Assembly (NCBI RefSeq): GCF_000315625.1
Contig: NW_005434566.1
Location: forward strand, 140,903-204,902
Origin: Guillardia theta CCMP2712
Taxonomy: Eukaryota; Protista; Cryptophyta
Direction of reading: 5' to 3'
Length of the DNA stretch: 64,000 bases
Positions 62,158 through 64,000 of this stretch are shown one piece after another (position 1 is the first letter of the stretch; each line of letters opens with the position of its first letter). The position numbers and the translations under genes are program-made. The notes under the pieces are model-generated. The model searched no databases. It was given only the letters and a program-made list of their open reading frames with translations, and was not told the DNA's origin.

Positions 62158-64000
62158 TTACATCGCGTTCTCCTTGTTCGACGATCCGTCGACAACAACG
62201 TCGACAGGTAGAGCGTTGTCAGCAGCCCCTGACTTGAGTTTCTGCTGACGTGTCAACAACAACTTTCGGGCTCTAAGGGGTTCAACCTTGATGTGCTCCA
62301 TCCTCAGCGCCCGGAAGTCAGTCCGTTTGTTCGCCAAGGATGATTTCACCTCAGCTAGCACAGCCAATATCAGCCTAACTTGTTCCTCCTCCCATAGCCC
62401 CCCTCACCCCAACCCATCTTCCTCCTTTGCCCTCCCCTCCTCTCTTCCTCCTCTTCTGCCCCCCTCCCTCCTCCCAAACCTCGGTTAGCGGGAGGGTTCT
62501 TGAACAGCTTGCGGATGCTCTCTGACGAGCCTTCAAGGAGCTTGTCGGCTCTGAAGTGCACATGAGCTGAGAGACGAGGAGGGAGCGGGGAGGGGAGGAA
62601 GTGGAGGGAATGGGGAGGAAAGGGAGGGGAGTACCAGGGGAGGGAAGGGACAGGAGGACAGGAGACAACAAGGAGAAAGTAAGAGAGGAGGAGGAAGATG
62701 AGAGGAGGTCGAAGATGAAAGGTATAACGACCTCTCGGGCCACTTCTTCATGAACTGCTCCATGGCAGCCTTGCCGTTTGCTGGGCAGGGAGTGAGGAGA
62801 GAAGATTGCAGAACGGAAAAGAGGAGGAGAGGGGAGAGAGGAGGGGGCTGGAGTACAAGAGAAACTTGGACTAGGAGAAAGGAGGAAGATGAGGAGGACG
62901 AGGACGAAGGAAGACCTCTGGTGTCCGCACTCGTGTCACTGAGAGACTTGCTCAGAATCTCAACAATCATGTCGACCTGATCAGAGGCAGGAGGTCAGAG
63001 CAAGACGGAGTGAAGAAGAGGCGAAGAGGGGAGAACAGCAAGGGAAAGGAGGAGGGGTGGGGAGGAGAGTGGAGGATGGAGAGGGAGAGGGAGAGGGAGA
63101 GGGAGAGGGAGAGGGAGAGGGAGACGAAGACGGAAACTGAGGAGGAGACTGAGGAGGAGGAGCTGAGGAGGAGGAGCTGAGGAGGAGGGAGATGATAAGG
63201 ATATCTGACCTCCTTCTCGCTCTCCTTCCCGCTGGTCTGGTTGATGACGATCTCCACGCACGAGGATGCGCACGAACGGGCCTGCGCAAAGCTAAGGCAC
63301 CTCCTCGTGCTGCTGACTGACTGACCTGAGGGTGGATGTCCCCCATGGCAGCTAGGAAGTGAGGGAGCAGGGAGGAAGGCTGCGGAAGCGTCAGGATGAG
63401 GGACGGGTAGGGAGAACTGGAGGGGAGAGGAGAAGGAGGAGAGGAGAGGAGAGGAGGCGAGGGATGAGAAGAGGAGAGGAGACGAGGGGAGGGGAGAGGA
63501 GAGGAGAGGAGGAGAGAGGAGGAGAGGGGAGGGGAGGGGAGTGCTTACGGTGAGAGCGGCTGTGATGGCCTTGAGGGTCTGGGTAGCAGACTCCGAGATG
63601 ACTTTGATGCTAACGTAGGTGAGCTTCAAGAGCGCGGGGAGGAGGAACCTGTACGAGAAGGGCAGCGTCAAGGGCAGACTGAGGAGGAGAGGAGAAGGAA
63701 AAGGAGGAGGAAAAGAAGGAGGAGAAGGAGAAGGAAAAGGAGGAGGAGGGGGGGAGCCTCACTTGGCACCGTTGGCAAGCTTGTCGCCTAGGAAAGGGAG
63801 GAGGCGGTTGATCAACGTGCAGGACTCTCTGACGATCTGACATGGGAGGTTGAGCCTTGCAGGGAAGAAAGAGGAGCAGGAGGGCAGGAGATGGGAAAGA
63901 GAGGGGAGAAAGAAGTGAAAAAGCAGCAGCAACATCAACCTGAGAGCGAGCGTCGCTCACTTGAACCGCCAAATACTCGCAAAGCTTTTCAAGAAATTCT
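62158..64000 (-). CDS. 3' part of CLASP/Stu1-like TOG (HEAT-repeat) protein; 5' end outside the window
   Basis: Spliced exons give LAVQVSDARSQIVRESCTLINRLLPFLGDKL...FLLPALLKLTYVSIKVISESATQTL...IVEILSKSLSDTSADTRANGKAAMEQFMKKWPERADKLL, the CLASP N-terminal-domain pattern (DlRS.vv+eAC; L.D....vR..aR......wP.+a..l). Ends NKENAM*. Confidence 0.8.

Overview
Eukaryotic, intron-rich nuclear DNA, very probably from a cryptophyte alga (Hanusia/Guillardia-like). This is inferred from short GT-AG introns filled with (GGA)n/(CT)n microsatellites, a Zn2Cys6 + RWP-RK + SHAQKYF-MYB transcription-factor mix, and characteristic low-complexity intergenic sequence. About 16 protein genes can be read: the 3' end of a TFIIIC large subunit (GTF3C1-like), a single-TM protein, a double Zn2Cys6 TF, PRC1 RING1 (C3HC4 RING + RAWUL), an MGCxxS-acylated CAMK-type kinase, an intronless GH36 alpha-galactosidase, an RWP-RK TF, an apparent La-module/PAP-fibrillin fusion, a His-box desaturase-like protein, a FUN14-like protein, an orphan possibly HSF-like protein, a type II membrane protein, FAM184, a CxH-x6-CxxC repeat protein, a SHAQKF MYB and the 3' end of a CLASP/TOG protein. 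There is also a pol-less Ty3/Gypsy-like LTR element (gag only) and a degenerate tRNA-like sequence. Two signals stand out. First, two classes of 'vocabulary' tracts (TACCC/CACCC-rich, and GC-rich palindromic with a recurrent AACTTTGAGTAAAG 14-mer) sit in 5'/divergent intergenic regions, and one of them visibly overwrites one LTR of the retroelement with short insertions. Second, the La module splices in frame into a fibrillin-like domain. Exon boundaries were read by eye and are approximate.
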